Notes under the pieces: model-generated
What the model was told of the DNA's origin: nothing
The model's input: the letters and a program-made list of their open reading frames with translations, nothing else
Databases searched by the model: none
NCBI GenBank assembly: GCA_964016885.1
Contig: OZ024743.1
Coordinates: forward strand, 278,938,001 to 279,002,000
Direction of reading: 5' to 3'
Length of the DNA: 64,000 nucleotides
From: Eledone cirrhosa
Lineage: Eukaryota
Position numbers and translations under genes: made by a program
In this document: piece by piece, positions 29,875 through 43,371 of the stretch
How positions within the stretch are numbered: position 1 is the first letter of the stretch
How the letters are laid out: the number at the start of each line of letters is the position of its first letter

Positions 29875-30009
29875 TTTACAATATTGGGTTTTTTTCATTC
29901 GTATGAAAGCATGTCTATATAATAAATATGTGCTTAATCTCTACTAAGCAACATGTAGCTATTTATACCTAAATATTTATGCCCCTCTCAATTTCACCTT
30001 CTTTCTTTG

Positions 30010-30075
<66 letters not shown>

Positions 30076-30327
30076 TGTGTGTGTGTGTGTGTGTGTCTGT
30101 GTGCGTGTGTGTGTCTGTCTGTTTGTGTCTCTGTGTGTGTGTGTGTGTATATATATACGTGTATGGGTGTGTGCACGTATGTGAGTGTATGTATTAACAC
30201 TAATATTCTACCAGTTATAACACAATATAGTGTGGATATGAATATCTTATCGAAACAAGGTTCAATGTTCTTTGGTTTAAGAATGGGGTTTTATTATATG
30301 CTGTTGAGTATTAAAAAACTACAGAGT

Positions 30328-30524
30328 CAGATATTTAGGTTGAACAATGAAAACACAGAAGAAACCGTGGTTAATGATATGAAGTTTTATAACTGCTATC
30401 GATTAGGCAATATATTGTTATTATCATTCTCCATTTCTCACTGAGAAACGATGGTGAAACTATGTTAGAATTAAGCACTGGCCCACGTCGTTTTTCTGTT
30501 TTCATTGTTCACCCTATATATTTG
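30328..30524. mobile_element. Possible degenerate Tc1/mariner-type MITE
   Basis: Imperfect ~40-bp terminal inverted repeats TAGGTTGAACAATGAAAACA.. / ..TGTTTTCATTGTTCACCCTA. Confidence 0.45.
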
Positions 30525-31662
30525 GATGTATTAAAATGTGTAGTGCACCGAAGAATATGGAGTTTATAAATGAATAGTTGTAAATTTAAACGAGAAATAC
30601 GTTAACTATATTAACTGTGTGTGTTTGAGTTGCAATTACATCTGTTCAGACAACGAGTGTTCTAAATGAAATGTATGTGAAAGTGGCTGCACATTCAAAA
30701 GACACTTGTACAATTACTGCAATTTTCAGAGAGATTCAGCGTATCAAATCTTGCCGTGGTAAAACAGATGTTTGCCAGCTTAAAATAACCTGCTGTGCTG
30801 AAGAGCACAAAACACTGCCAGTGATCGAGCATATCTTTCTCAGCCGAACACCATAACTACTGAGCGACGCGATTTCATAAATATATTAGGTAATAATTAT
30901 ACCTATCACTAAATAATCTGTAATTTATATCCAACTAGGATCCGAGTTTGATTCTGGCTTAAGACTACTTGAGTTTTGCATCTTTATTTATTTCGCCACA
31001 TTAAATTTCCATTCGTTATTGACTTTAATTTGAGGTGCTGATTATTCGAATTACTGCTGAAGCTTAATGAGAAACACACCACTGTGGCCGCCACCATAAT
31101 GCCCACAAATACTCCAAATCTCCACCATTGCTGATCTACTATTAAACACAATTCTAATTTGGTAAATCGATAAAGATACACATCTAAATCGTGAGCCAGT
31201 GGGGAATTCTGTAAGTAGTGAGTGGATTTACTAGAAATTACATTTAAATTTATATCCTTTGGTTTCAAAGGCTACAAATTTGGAGGATAGTTTAAATATC
31301 AGTTTAAATGCCTCAATAATTTTGATAGCTCACTGCACTCTAAGTTCAAGTCACACCGAGGTAAAATTTACTTTCATCTTTTCGGGATCAATAAATAAAT
31401 CACCAGTTCAGAGAAAGTGTATTGGTGGAATAATAGAAGAGAGACACCTGATGTAGTTCGCCGCGTCCTGGGTTCAAATCCCGATGCCAGCTACATGGAC
31501 AACTGTTGTGACAAGCAGCTAATATAAGTAGTGAAAAAAGACTCATGGAAACGTTTAAAAAGTTGAATGAACAAACACTCGTATTCAATCTAATATGTTA
31601 TTAAGTTTTTCATCCCTTGTGGACTACAAAAATCACTGGAGTTGAACATACATACATACATA

Positions 31663-32010
31663 ATGGCTGCCCCCTCGTTATCGAGTATGGCCATTTAACG
31701 ATAAAATATTATTAATAATTATCAATTAATATTATCGTGCAATACCTGTGCGTGAAGATTTTTTTTTTTCAGTGAGGAAAGACTGTGCACTGAGCCAATC
31801 CCACTCTCTGAGCGACAGTAGCTAAAACCCGAAAAGAAGAAAAGATCATCATCGGTAACTACTGAGCCGCAGGTTTTATGTCGGAGTCATCCCAATTTCC
31901 TGAGTTGCCTTCTCCTAGAAGAATTCTCTGACAAAGGCTAGGAGTCCTTCACACCCAGTGGTTTAACTGCGCGATCGGGCATCCAGCCCGATTATTTCTA
32001 TGTCCCCGCG
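31663..32010 (-). mobile_element. Short RTE-related non-autonomous element, family B (uninterrupted reference copy)
   Basis: 3' hairpin ATGGCCATACTCGATAACGAGGGGGCAGCCAT next to (TACA)n. Matches 32675-32712 plus 45540-45842. Confidence 0.7.
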
Positions 32011-32109
32011 CATACACATACACATGCATACAAACACACACAGACATACACTCACACACACATACACACACATACACACACACACATCTATATCTATATA
32101 TATATATAT

Positions 32110-32232
32110 AACGAAGGAAGTGTGGTAAGGAACCAGGTGGACCATAACGCACCAGAGTACTCGATACTTTGGGTAGTTGAGTGGCTAATAGGAAAAGCTT
32201 GAGCTCTGTCGTCGGGGATCTGACTCTTTTCC

Positions 32233-32235
<3 letters not shown>
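32110..32235. mobile_element. TA-flanked fragment homologous to 56270-56455
   Basis: GCTTGAGCTCTGTCGTCGGGGATCTGACTCTTTTCC matches 56285-56330 and is the reverse complement of 56335-56455. Confidence 0.6.
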
Positions 32236-32264
<29 letters not shown>

Positions 32265-32295
32265 TATACACATGCATACATGTATATTAACACAT

Positions 32296-32612
32296 AGTGG
32301 CTGCCAACTCGTTTTCGAGTACGGCCACTACTTTATATCCATGTAGGAGAACCCCTACTGATACGCTGAACGAGTGTGACGTTTTAGTCCAGCCAGCGAC
32401 TTGAAAACTCTGGTACAAACACTACACTTGTGACAATTATTGACACAGTGGTGGGCCCATGGTACCATGTGACGATAAGTGCAGAGATATCTCCAGATAT
32501 AAAGCAATGCCTGTGCCGTGAAGCTTTTATAGTGAGCAAAGGCACTGCACAAAGCCAGTCCCACTCTCTTAACCAAGATGATATTTACCAAAAAGTAGAA
32601 CAAGTCAACATC
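32296..32612 (-). mobile_element. 3' half of short RTE-derived element, family A
   Basis: Near-identical to 38875-39195 and 49180-49500. Encodes CSVCTRVFKSLAGLKRHTRS (RTE C2H2 remnant). Confidence 0.8.
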
Positions 32613-32744
32613 ATATACACATACATACATACATACATACATACATACATACATACATACATACATACATACATGATGGCTGCCCCCTCGTTATCGAGTA
32701 TGGCCATTGCACGAGAAGAAAAAAAAAAAAAAATAAATAAATAA

Positions 32745-32776
<32 letters not shown>

Positions 32777-33024
32777 TTTCTTTATTAACCACAAGGGTTT
32801 ACATAAAGTAGACATTAAGGACAGTGCAGGACAATGCAGGACGGTACAAATGGGCATTTCTGCGTGTAAAAAACAAAAACAGAGGATGTAACAAAAAATA
32901 ACAATGAAAAATTCCCCAATAGGGGGCAGACTTCGGAGGGACATTTATGGAGAAAGCCCAGTAAAAAGCTACAATGACCCTGACCACCAAGGCAAGTGCC
33001 CTCTCCCAGTTTTCCACCTTTGAT

Positions 33025-36000
33025 TTACAGATATATACTCAGAGTAGGCCCATTCACTCGGGCCATTCTTGCTTCTCTCACCCATCTTTCAACAAAATGC
33101 TGGGAAGAGAGCACTTCCCTCTCTACTCTGATTTTCCTTTTCAAATGAAATTTGAAAAAGTCAATCAGAGCATCACCGAAGAGGTAAGTGCTCGTCTTCA
33201 GCCCTTTCAAACGTGTCCACCATACTATCTCTTTCACCATGGCCACCAGGCAGATAAAAACTGCCTGCCCTTCCCGGCTAAAGGAGGAGGGCGGGGCAAT
33301 CCTCACGATGTACTCAGATGATAGCCGGATCCGTCCTAAACGTGACAGCAGGTGTTCGACATAAACCCACAAGTCAGCAATTTTCGGACAATGGACGAGT
33401 GCGTGCAGGACGGTTTCGTCGCCCTGCGCGCATCTCGGACATGCCCGGCTGACGGCACCTCCATGCCTGTAGAGTTTATCCCGAACTGGCAAGGCTCCTC
33501 GGTAGCACTGCCAGGCCAGAGATTTCTGGAAGTTGTCCATAGGCCCTGGCCCGAAAGTTCTTCCGAAGAGATTGGCTAGTTGATTTTCGTCGACGCCTAG
33601 AGTTTCCCCAAGTACGTCGTCGCTCTTCCCCTCCACTAATCCTCTATAGAACGCCGAGGTGGAGTTTCCACCGATCACATTGCCCGATTGGTCGAGGGCT
33701 GTGAGCGCCTGAAGACTTCCAGTCTCCAGGCGCTCCCTCTCGGTCTTCGCTTGACCCAGGACTGCAGCTCCGTCAAGGAAATGAGCTGGAGAAATACGCG
33801 TCTAGCAAACGGCGACCACACCTGATCACCGTCGAGGAAGAGGTGGAGATGTCGTAGCCTGAGCGCGTGCCTGCGCATCATCAGTCACGGCATGCCCAGC
33901 CCTCCACGTAGCGGGTGTTGACAACAGATGGACCGCCTGACCATCGGAGCGCGTCCCTTCCACAAAAAGCGAAAGAGCAAACGCTCCAGCGCAGTCAGGC
34001 GAGGCTTAGGACAAGGTACGACGGTCAGGCGGTAGCAGATGACGGACGCGATGTACGCGTTAGCCACCTCCGCTCGACCTTTCGGGGATAGCTTCCTCTC
34101 CGCCCATTTCTGGGTGAGAGAAGCCAACCTGCTCGTCACCTCGTCCCAGTTTTTGTCCGTCTGGAGGTCCGGACCGAACCAGACCCCTAGCAATTTAACC
34201 GGTCCGTCCGTCCAGCGTCCGACGACGCTGTTGGACGGCATGGACCTGCCTCTCCAGGTGCCGAGCTGCAGGCCCACTGACTTTTCCTGGTTGATCATTG
34301 CTCCTGTCACCGCTTCGTATTCTCTTAGTGTAGTGCCGATCGCCTCGATGTGTTTGGCGTTCGACACCACTACGGTGACATCGTCCGCATATGCTGACTC
34401 GGATCTTCCGCATCCTAGTTCGCGCGGGACGCCCCTCAACTTCTCCAGTTTGTGCAGTAATGGCTCGAGAGTCAATACGTACAAGAGGGACGAGAGGGGA
34501 CATCCTTGGCGGACCGAGCGCATGATGTTGAACGGTTCCGACAGGTGACCGTTCACTCTCACCATAGAGCAGATGTCGCTGTGCATGGCAGCGATCCAGC
34601 CTCTGAAGACGGGCCCAAAGCCAGCCGCCCTCAGGACTGCCGCTAGGTAACGATGGTCGACCCTATCGAAAGCTTTCGACTGATCTAAGTTGATCAAGGA
34701 CCCACCCGTGCCAGGTTCCCTAGCTACCCTCTCTACGATGTATCGCATGAGGTGGAGGTTGTCGTGGATGGATCTGTCGGGAATGGCGCATGTCTGCGCC
34801 TCTCCCACCAGACCACCAACGACAAGCGCCAACCTCTTTGCTAGCACCTTGGCCAAAATCTTAAACTCTGTGTTTAGCAGAGTTATGGGCCGGAAATTTT
34901 CTATGTTATCCCCCTTGTTCGGATCCTTTCTCAGCAGTGCCACCGCTCCTCGGCTCACAGAACTGGGAATTCTCCCGTTCTGTTGCCAGTTGCAGTAGAC
35001 GTCCGCCAAGAGGCCTCCGAACAAGTCTGGCATCTGTACGTAAAGTTCATAGGGCAGACCATCCAAACCAGGCGATTTACCCCTTGTGCAGCCAGTCATT
35101 GCCTCCCTTACTTCAGCGGCTGTTATCGGCTTTTCGCAACACTTCGCCTCAGTGGCCGAGAGCCGCTGCAGTCCGTCGAGGTAGACACTAAAGTCCATCC
35201 CTCGACCCGGCCCACCGCTGCCCCCGAACAGCTGAGTGAAATGTCGCTGAAAAGCTTCACACATTTGCCCGGGATCGAGTAGCATGCGCCCGTCGTGGTT
35301 CACCAAAGACCAGATCGTGGCTTTGTTGCCACGACGCGCCCCCGCCACTCGGGCCCATTGAACGGCTTTCGTCCCCTCGTGTCTGAGAGCACGCACCCTT
35401 GCTCTGACAACGCAGCCTTCGTGCTTTACATTGAAGAATTGGTCAAGGGCCAATTTCGCCGCAAGCACGTCTGTCGCAATGCCTTTGCTAAGCGCCTCGT
35501 CTAATTTTCTAACTAGTTCTCCCTCTGCTCTATTTTTCTCTATTGCTAAAGCCTTGCTAAACCTAATCGATTCTATTCTAATCGCTCTTTTCAGAGCAAA
35601 CCACCACTTGTTGTTGACGATGGCCCCCGTCAACTCCCGCTTAACTAGTTCGCTAATCCGGTCTCTGTAGGCCTTGCGCGCTGGTAAGGACGCGTTTAGC
35701 TTCCAGTAGCCGGGTCCTCGTCTATGAAGCCTATCTAAGTCAAGCACACAGACCACGAATTTGTGGTCCGTGTAGCTGACTATCTTGAATTGTGGACAGC
35801 CTATGCTAGACCTATCTATTTCCCTACAAAATACTCTATCTAGATATGATCTGGATGACCCTATGCGGTTTGTCCAAGTCCACATTGGCACGTTCGGGAA
35901 ATCCAATCGGTACCTGTCAGACAGTTCAAAACGCCTGAGCAGGTTGGTGAGGCTCTTGCACCCTCCACCCCTATCCGCTAATCCCACACAGTCCCAGCGT

Positions 36001-36443
36001 GCATCTAAGATCCCGTTCCAGTCGCCCACTAACACTAAAGAGCGGGACGTTCCAAGAAAGGTCTCCAGACGCCGGAAGAAATCAGACCGCCCTGCTCCTG
36101 TCGGGGCATAGACGGCCACTAGCCTGAAAGCTTGCCCGTCTCCGCTGGTCACGTTCAGCACCACCAGCTTACCCTCTGGGTCCAGGAAGATGGCCCGTAT
36201 GGCGAGATCCAAACCTCTCCGAAAAAGCACAGCCACTCCTCCACCCGATCCAGGACGGCTGGGAGATGCGTACACATCGTAGCCGCCGAAGATCGGTGCG
36301 AAGGCCCGTGCTTCGGAGATTCTGGTCTCGCTGATGGCCCCTACATCTATGTTTAGTGACCTGAGGTCGTTGAGCAAGTGACCCTGCTTCCATGACGACC
36401 CCAAGCCACGCGCATTTATGCTGCCTATTCTGAGTGAGGTCAT
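33025..36443 (-). pseudogene. Tx1/L1 ORF2 (APE endonuclease, reverse transcriptase, CCHC), one stop and one frameshift
   Basis: SINARGL, ISET, VYAP, GDWN, DRV..TDH (APE); KSPGLDG, FRPITLLN, DQSKAFD, VRQGCPLS, YADD (RT); CPRC..DETVLHALVHC. In-frame TGA at 33885, frameshift near 33.7 kb. Confidence 0.93.
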
Positions 36444-36478
36444 GTTTAAAATAGAGTGGAAAAGATGGGAAAGCCCAA

Positions 36479-38575
36479 TTACCGTACTTTTGGTAGAGGA
36501 GGGATGGTTTTTACATCCCTTTTCACTTGATCGTCTGGTGAAGGGACCGTTGAATCGTCCCTTCGGCTGGTCGTCGGCTCTTCTAAGAGAATGTCTGAAT
36601 ATACTCTTCGATTGATGGTTCCTCCTAGGTCCCTGAAATCACCAACTGCGTTGGGGAATTTCGTTTTAATGTTTGTGTATTGTTTCTGTGCTATTTTTAG
36701 CAGTCTTATGTTAGTTGGCGTTTTGATTGGTGCTGGTATTATGTAGTCCTGTTGTGAAATGTCTGTGTGTTCAATTATGTAAGTCATTAGTTTCTTGTTG
36801 TGTGTATTTATTGCCGTGCATTTGTTTTTCTGGGGGTGGGGTGTGGTTCTGCTATTTTCTTGTCGTTGTTGCTGGGTGTGTGTGTTTTGTTGTTGTGTTT
36901 GCGATGTTGGTGCTTGTGGTGGTGGTGTTGAAGGTGTTGTTGGCGGTGGGGTTGTCGCCGGTGGTGATGGTGGTGCTAGTGTGGGTGGTGATGGTGTTGG
37001 TGGTGTTGCTGCTGTGGGTCTCTTTGCAGTAGACTTTACCCTTTTCTCATTTCTTTCCTCCCTTTTCAAAGGCCACGATGCGCTGCTTCTGCGTTTGTGC
37101 CTTCTTACGACCTTTTGCCATCCCTCTCCCACCTCACACTCCATGTCTGATTCTGTGAGGTCGGAGAGGGGTACCAGCTCCACTCTTTCACTTGTTGTTG
37201 TTGGTGATGTTTGCACTGGAGTCTCTGTTGCAGCTGCATTTGGTATTGCTGTTGTTGTTGTTAATATTTCCACTGCTGCTGCTGTTTTTGATTTCCGTGG
37301 AGTGGGTATGGGTGCCACGGACCTATCGTTCCTGGTTGCCGCTTGTCCTGTTGCTGGTAGCCGTGGAGCCGGATTCGGAAGGAGGGGGGTTTTCTCCTTT
37401 CTCAGGGTCTTCTCGTTGCAGAAGGCCCTGAGGTGAGTCTTCGATCCACAGCGAAAGCATTTCGGGCGTTTGCCCTCAACACTTATGGGCAGTTGAGTGC
37501 CGTTATCGAAGTCTATCACATCCGGGATAGCTTCGATGCACTCCTAGTTGGTTTGGATTAGCATCTCAATGGAGGAGCCGACCCAATCGTCTCTTACTTT
37601 TTTCTGTACTTGCAGTACAGTTGTTTTGTCCTCGATTCCGACGAGGACAGACGCGGCCAGCCAAGAAGGGGTCATTCCGGGGGGGACGTGGGTCAGTTTG
37701 ACCCTCACAATTTTTTGCCCGCAGTAGGAGGGCACCAACACCATTTCCTCGCTCCTTAGGGTCACTACTGATTGGGCCTTTGCCTCCTGGGGTGTGGCAA
37801 AAAGTACGTCTACGGTGGCATATTTTTTGCCTCGGGTGATGTGCGTTTTCCGCTGCCACACAGACCCCAAGGCTTTTTGTATTTGGGCCTCTGTGGCTCT
37901 TTCCACCCTACGGGATTTTGTACTTACTGTACGGTACGTGACCGTACAGTGCTCTTGGGTTTCGAAAAATTTTTCCGCTGCCTTGCAGATTGCTCGGTGT
38001 CAGTTCTTTGTCACCATCTTCTTCGCTTCCTCTAATTCCTCATTTGTTATGAGGATTGTTTCCAAGTTTTTCGCAATACCTGCAAATGAGATTGGTTTTT
38101 CTCTGCTGTTGTTGTTGTCGTCAGAGCTGCTGGTACTTTTGTTGTTGCTGCAGGTACTACGACTACTGCCTCCGCCGCTGTTGCTGTGGTTGTTGTTGGT
38201 GTTGCTGCTGCTAATGCTGTTGTTGTTTATGCTGCTGGTGATGCTGTTGCGGCTGCTACTGTTGTTTTCATTGTCACTGTTGCTGTTGTTATTACGGCTG
38301 CTACTGCTATTATTCCTGACGTCAGACGAATGAACTGGGTTTTCGTATTTCCCGCACACCTGTTTCGTCGCTGTCGTCGTCGTCGTGGAGAAACCTTGCA
38401 CGCTTTGCACGAGACTTTTCTTTTCTTTCGTCACTTGCGAAAGAGAAGGGAGGGAGAGAGACACATTTAAAGAAGGGAGGGAGAGACACAATCTTCTCTC
38501 TGCTGTAGTGATGATTGAGGAAGAAGAAGACGGAATGAGTGGGAGTGACGTATGAAATTTCTTTTTCGTAGCCAT
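36479..38575 (-). pseudogene. Tx1/L1 ORF1 (gag-like, CCHC zinc knuckle), two nonsense mutations
   Basis: ORFs 38000..38575, 37544..37906 and 36479..37519 share one frame, separated by single TGA (38000) and TAG (37544) codons. CFRCGSKTHLRAFC knuckle; ends 35 nt before ORF2. Confidence 0.85.
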
Positions 38576-38789
38576 GTTGTTTTTTTGTTTAAAATGAATA
38601 TTGGGTACAAAACCCCAATAACTGGTTATTTAACCCCGAAGGGCAAATAACGGACAGAAAGACCCCTCTCACGAGGAGGAGGGTGTCTTTATCAACAATT
38701 TGGTTCAAGTTTTAAACAATTTACAATTGTTTTAACGGTTAAAAATTACTATACCTTACAGAGCCGAGACTCCGTCAACCATGGCATTC

Positions 38790-38822
<33 letters not shown>

Positions 38823-38871
38823 AATAAATAAAAAATGAAAAAAAATAAATATATATATATATATTCATACA

Positions 38872-39484
38872 TGGTGGTGGTTGCCAACTCGTTTTCGAGT
38901 ACGGCCACTACTTTATATCCATGTAGGAGAACCCCTACCAATGCGCTGAACGAGTGTGACTTTTTAGTCCAGCCAGCGACTTGAAAACTCTGGTACAAAC
39001 ACTACACTTGTGACAATTATTGACACATAGTGCTGGGCCCATGGTACCATGTGACGACAAGTGCAGAGAGATCTCCAGATATAAAGCAATGCCTGTGCTG
39101 TGAAGCTTTTATAGTGAGCAAAGGCACTGCACAAAGCCAGTCCCACTCTCTTAACCAAGATGATATTTACCAAAAAGAAGAACAATTCAACATCATTGGA
39201 TACGATCAGGGTTGCAGGTGTTATATCAGAGTTTTCCTTCTCCTAGAATTCTGCCTTGACAAAGGCTAAGGGGTCATCACTCCCGGTGATTTTGGATGGC
39301 TATTGACTCTTAAGAGCCCCTTTGCCTTTTGACAGGTTTTGTTTTTAGTCCTGCAGGATGTCCAAAGCCACCCTCCTCACCAAGAAACCTTGGTGGGGTT
39401 GCCAGTTTAGTCGCCAACGACCCGACCATGAGACAGGTTGTACTGGGATACATGTTACCAATAGCACCAACTGGTGACCTGACA
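38872..39484 (-). mobile_element. Full ~610-bp short RTE-derived element, family A
   Basis: Reverse complement of 48893-49502 at high identity; flanked by (TA)n/(TACA)n. Confidence 0.85.
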
Positions 39485-39684
39485 CAATATATTCATACAT
39501 ACATACATACATACATACATACACACACATACACATACACACACACACATACACACACACATACATTAATAACAATAATAATAATAATAATAATAATAAT
39601 AGCAACAATAATAATAACGACAACAACAATAATAATATACATATTTATATATATATATATACACACACACGCACGCACATAAGC

Positions 39685-39730
<46 letters not shown>

Positions 39731-39736
39731 TAGCAA

Positions 39737-42700
39737 CTAACAGTGCTGCGATCGAATGTGGCTTTTTAGCCCAGCCAATGATCTAAAATGTCTTGCACAG
39801 AGTCGGCAACCAAAACATTTACTGGGAATAGTCGGCTGTGGTTGGAGTTCGTGTACTTTTGCATGTCGCTTGAGCCCTCCTGCTGATTTACATTCTCTAC
39901 CACATGTTTGGCAAGCATGATGAGTAGCATCTCCAACAGCAGCCTGGTAGTCAACCACTGGTCTTACTTTATGACTGCGAAGATGACTTTCGAGTCCAGC
40001 TTTGCTTAGGCAGAGTCTCGCACATACGCTGCATGTCAGCACCATAGGAGGACCCTCGCCGTCTGGAAGTGCAACAGCAATGCCCTTCCTCACATCCCGC
40101 TTTACTTTCTCGTGTGCGATTCGAGATGCCTCAAAGGCAACTTTTCCCTCATATACAGTCTTTCTCCATTTATTACGATCAGCAGCAACATTTTCCCATG
40201 TATCAGCAGAGATGTTAGCGTCTTTCAGAGAGGCTTTCAAGGAATCCTTATACCTCTTTTTTGGTTTATGTGGCGGTCGTTTTCCTTTAACCAACTCTCC
40301 ATAGAAGAGTTGTTTTGGTATTCTAGAATCCTTCATCCTGGCAAGGTGACCACTCCAACGGAGTCGTTGCTTAAGCACAAGACCTTCTATACTGTCACAC
40401 ATAGAGCTTTCCAAAATCTCGACATCACTGATGTGGTCCCTCCAGTGAACGCCATGGATCCGTCTGAGACACACCTGATGGAAACGCTCCAATTGCTTAA
40501 GGTGGTGTCGATATGTGACCCAGGTCTCGCAATCATAAAGAAGACAAGAGAGTACACATGCCCTGTACACCCTTACCTTTGTCCTCCTGCATATGTCTCG
40601 CCGACCCCAGAGTCGCCTTTCTAGCTTTCCGAAAGTATAACTTGCTTTCCTAATCCTAAGTGAGATTTCACTGTCAAGGTTGCTGTATCGATTGACAGTG
40701 CTTCCCAGGTAGACAAACTGATCAACCACTCCAAGTCGTTTGCCATACACATAGATGTTTGGTTCAGTGTACTGCTTACTAGGGGCAGGTTAGTACATGA
40801 CGACGGTTTTCTTGAGACTGACAGTCAAACCCAGGGCAGTGCAAGCGTCAGAAAATGCATTTAAAATGTGCTGCATATCACTCTCTGTGTGCGCTAGAAG
40901 ATCGCAATCATCTGCATACAAGAGGTCTCTTATGACCGATGTAAATACCTTTGTCTTCGCAGCAAAGCGCCTGATGTTAAATATGCTGCCTGAGGTTCGA
41001 TATCGGATGTAAACACCATGCTCGCAATTCCTGAATGCAATACAAAAAACCATTGCAAAGTATATGGCAAACAGAGTCGGTGCTGGAATATCCCCCTGTT
41101 TCACTCCATTTTTTACTGAGATAGGCTCCGACATGTTACCTCCGACATTAACCCAAGCCTTCATGTCGTCATCAGGGCAACTAAGTTTCTGGAGAACCTT
41201 CCATAATGCATCTCTGTTGACAGTATCGAAAGCCTTTGTCAGATCCAAGCCTTGTTCAATGCACTTCTCCTGGAGCTGTCTAGCTGAGAATATCATATCA
41301 GTAGTGCCGCGTCCAGCACGAAAACCAGATTGACTTTCAGGAAGAACACAATCTGCAATGTGTGTCAGCAGACGGTCCAGAAGCACCCTACATAAAACTT
41401 TCCCTACGACAGAAAGCAATGATATACCTCTGTAGTTCCCACAATCATTCCTGTTACCCTTTCCCTTGTACAAGACCACCATTACTGCATCTCTCCAGTC
41501 CTCAGGTACGGAATCATTAGCCCATATCCTTCCAAACAAAGAGTGCAGATGTTGCAGGTGTCTCTCACCACCATATTGTAGGAGCTCAGCATGTATGCCA
41601 TCCATACCTGGAGATCTTCCACTGTTCAGCTTCGAAATAGCCACTGCAACCTCCACAAGCGTCGGTGGTTCTGCGAGAGCTACTTTCACAGGACTTTCTG
41701 GAATGAGATTGAGGAAATCTTCACTGACGACAGACGGCTGATTCAAAAGATCATCAAAGTGCTCTCGCCACCTTCGTAGAATTCCCTGTGAGTCACGAAT
41801 AAGTTCTTTGCCATCCTTGTTGCGAAGCGGTGTCACCAGAGAAGAAGACGGTCCATAAACTTCACGCAAGAGACTGTACAACAGCTTTGTGTTATTGTAA
41901 TCAGACGCAGTTTGTATCTCACCAGCCTTCTCATTCCACCACTGATCCTTCATCTGAGAAAGACTCCGCCTAATACGTGATTTTACATCCCTGAGCTCCT
42001 CATGCAACGTATTCCTCTCCTGTGGTTTTGCCGTCAAGTAGCGTGACAGAGCACGCCTCTTATCAGCCAACAAGTCTTCTATATGTACATCATTTTCATT
42101 AAACCAGTCCTGATGTTTTCTCTGCACCAATCCCAGAACACGCCTGCCTACATCATAAACCGACTTTTTAAGGGTCGGCCAATCCTCACCAAGATCTGCA
42201 GCCTGCATCTCTTCTTCCAATGTCCTCTTCACATTTTTATCCTTAAGACGAGCAGCATTCAATCTTTTGGGCAGGGTAACACCAGGAGCCCGGATTTTAC
42301 GTTTGGTGATTAGTTTCACTTTTGCGCGTACCAGGCGGTGGTCCGTCCAGCACTCAGGTCCACGAAGAACACGAACACACTGCACATCCTGTCTGTCACG
42401 CATCCTGACTAGGACGTAGTCCAAAAGATGCCATTCCTTAGATGCAGGATGCATCCATGTGGTCTTGAATTTGTTCTTTTGTTGGAACATGGTGTTGGTA
42501 ACACACAGATCCAGCTCCTCACACATCTGCAGCAGGAGCATACCATTGCTGTTACACTTTCCCACCCCATGCCTTCCGATTACATTTCATGTGTTAAAAT
42601 CCCTACCCACTCTAGCATTAAAGTCACCAAGCACGATGACTTTGTCTGCCTGAGGGATATTTCTTAGAACACCTTTCAAGGCATGGTAAAAGGACAGTTT

Positions 42701-43231
42701 TTCTTCATCGACAGAATTCATAGTTGGAGCATACACACTCACCAGGGTAGCATATCTTCCTTTGTCCAGCGGAACTCTCATGGACATAAGACGCTCACTA
42801 ATCCCTACTGGGAATTCTTCTAATTTATTCACAAGTACAGTCTTAACAGCAAATCCTACCCCAGCCTCTCTTCTGGTTCCTTCATCTCTTCCTTTCCAGA
42901 AGAATGTATATTCTCCACAAAATTCCGTAAGATGACCATCTCCAGCTAACCTCGTCTCAGATAAAGCCACGATGTCAAGATCGTAACGTCGAAGCTCCTT
43001 TGCAACAAGAGCGGTCCTTCGTTCAGGACGCTCCAAGGAATCCCTGTCAAGCAGCGTCCGTACGTTCCAGCAGCCAAGACTAAATGCCTTGTTTGGCTCT
43101 ATTACAATGGCACGATGACGAGCGGGCCCAGGCTGTGATAACTTGGGGCCCCTGCCCTTATTGCCAATGATCTTTTTTGTTCCAGAACCTAAATTGCCAA
43201 TTATCTCTTTTACATTGTTCTGGAACATCAT
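39737..43231 (-). pseudogene. RTE-clade LINE ORF (APE, RT, three C2H2 fingers), two nonsense codons and small deletions
   Basis: Three track ORFs share one frame (stops at 42587 and 40790). CWNVRTL, LSETR, VYAPT, GDFNAR, TDH, YRGISLLS, GVKQG, LYADD, RLRWSGH; three C-x2-C..H..H motifs at the C-terminus. Confidence 0.92.
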
Positions 43232-43272
43232 TGAATTGAAAAAAAAAAAAAAAAAAAAAAAAAGTAATAATA

Positions 43273-43323
<51 letters not shown>

Positions 43324-43371
43324 GGGTATTGGATTAAACATTTAACATCCCTCCACCCGAAGCTGACGGCC

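Larger units (their letters stand above)
32745..38790 (-). mobile_element. Near full-length L1/Tx1-clade LINE flanked by (TAA)n
   Basis: 5' UTR, ORF1 with zinc knuckle, ORF2 with APE+RT+CCHC, short 3' UTR. (TAA)n tracts at both ends. Confidence 0.92.

Noticed and set aside
34039-37436. Several plus-strand ORFs of 70-213 aa
   Set aside because: Antisense shadows of the GC-rich Tx1 ORF1 and ORF2.
37544-38002. In-frame TGA/TAG in Tx1 ORF1 (and stops in the RTE ORF) as readthrough or selenocysteine recoding
   Set aside because: The stops are mixed types (TGA, TAG, TAA) and best explained as TGG>TGA and CAG/CAA>TAG/TAA point mutations. Tx1 ORF2 also has a frameshift and the RTE ORF has deletions.
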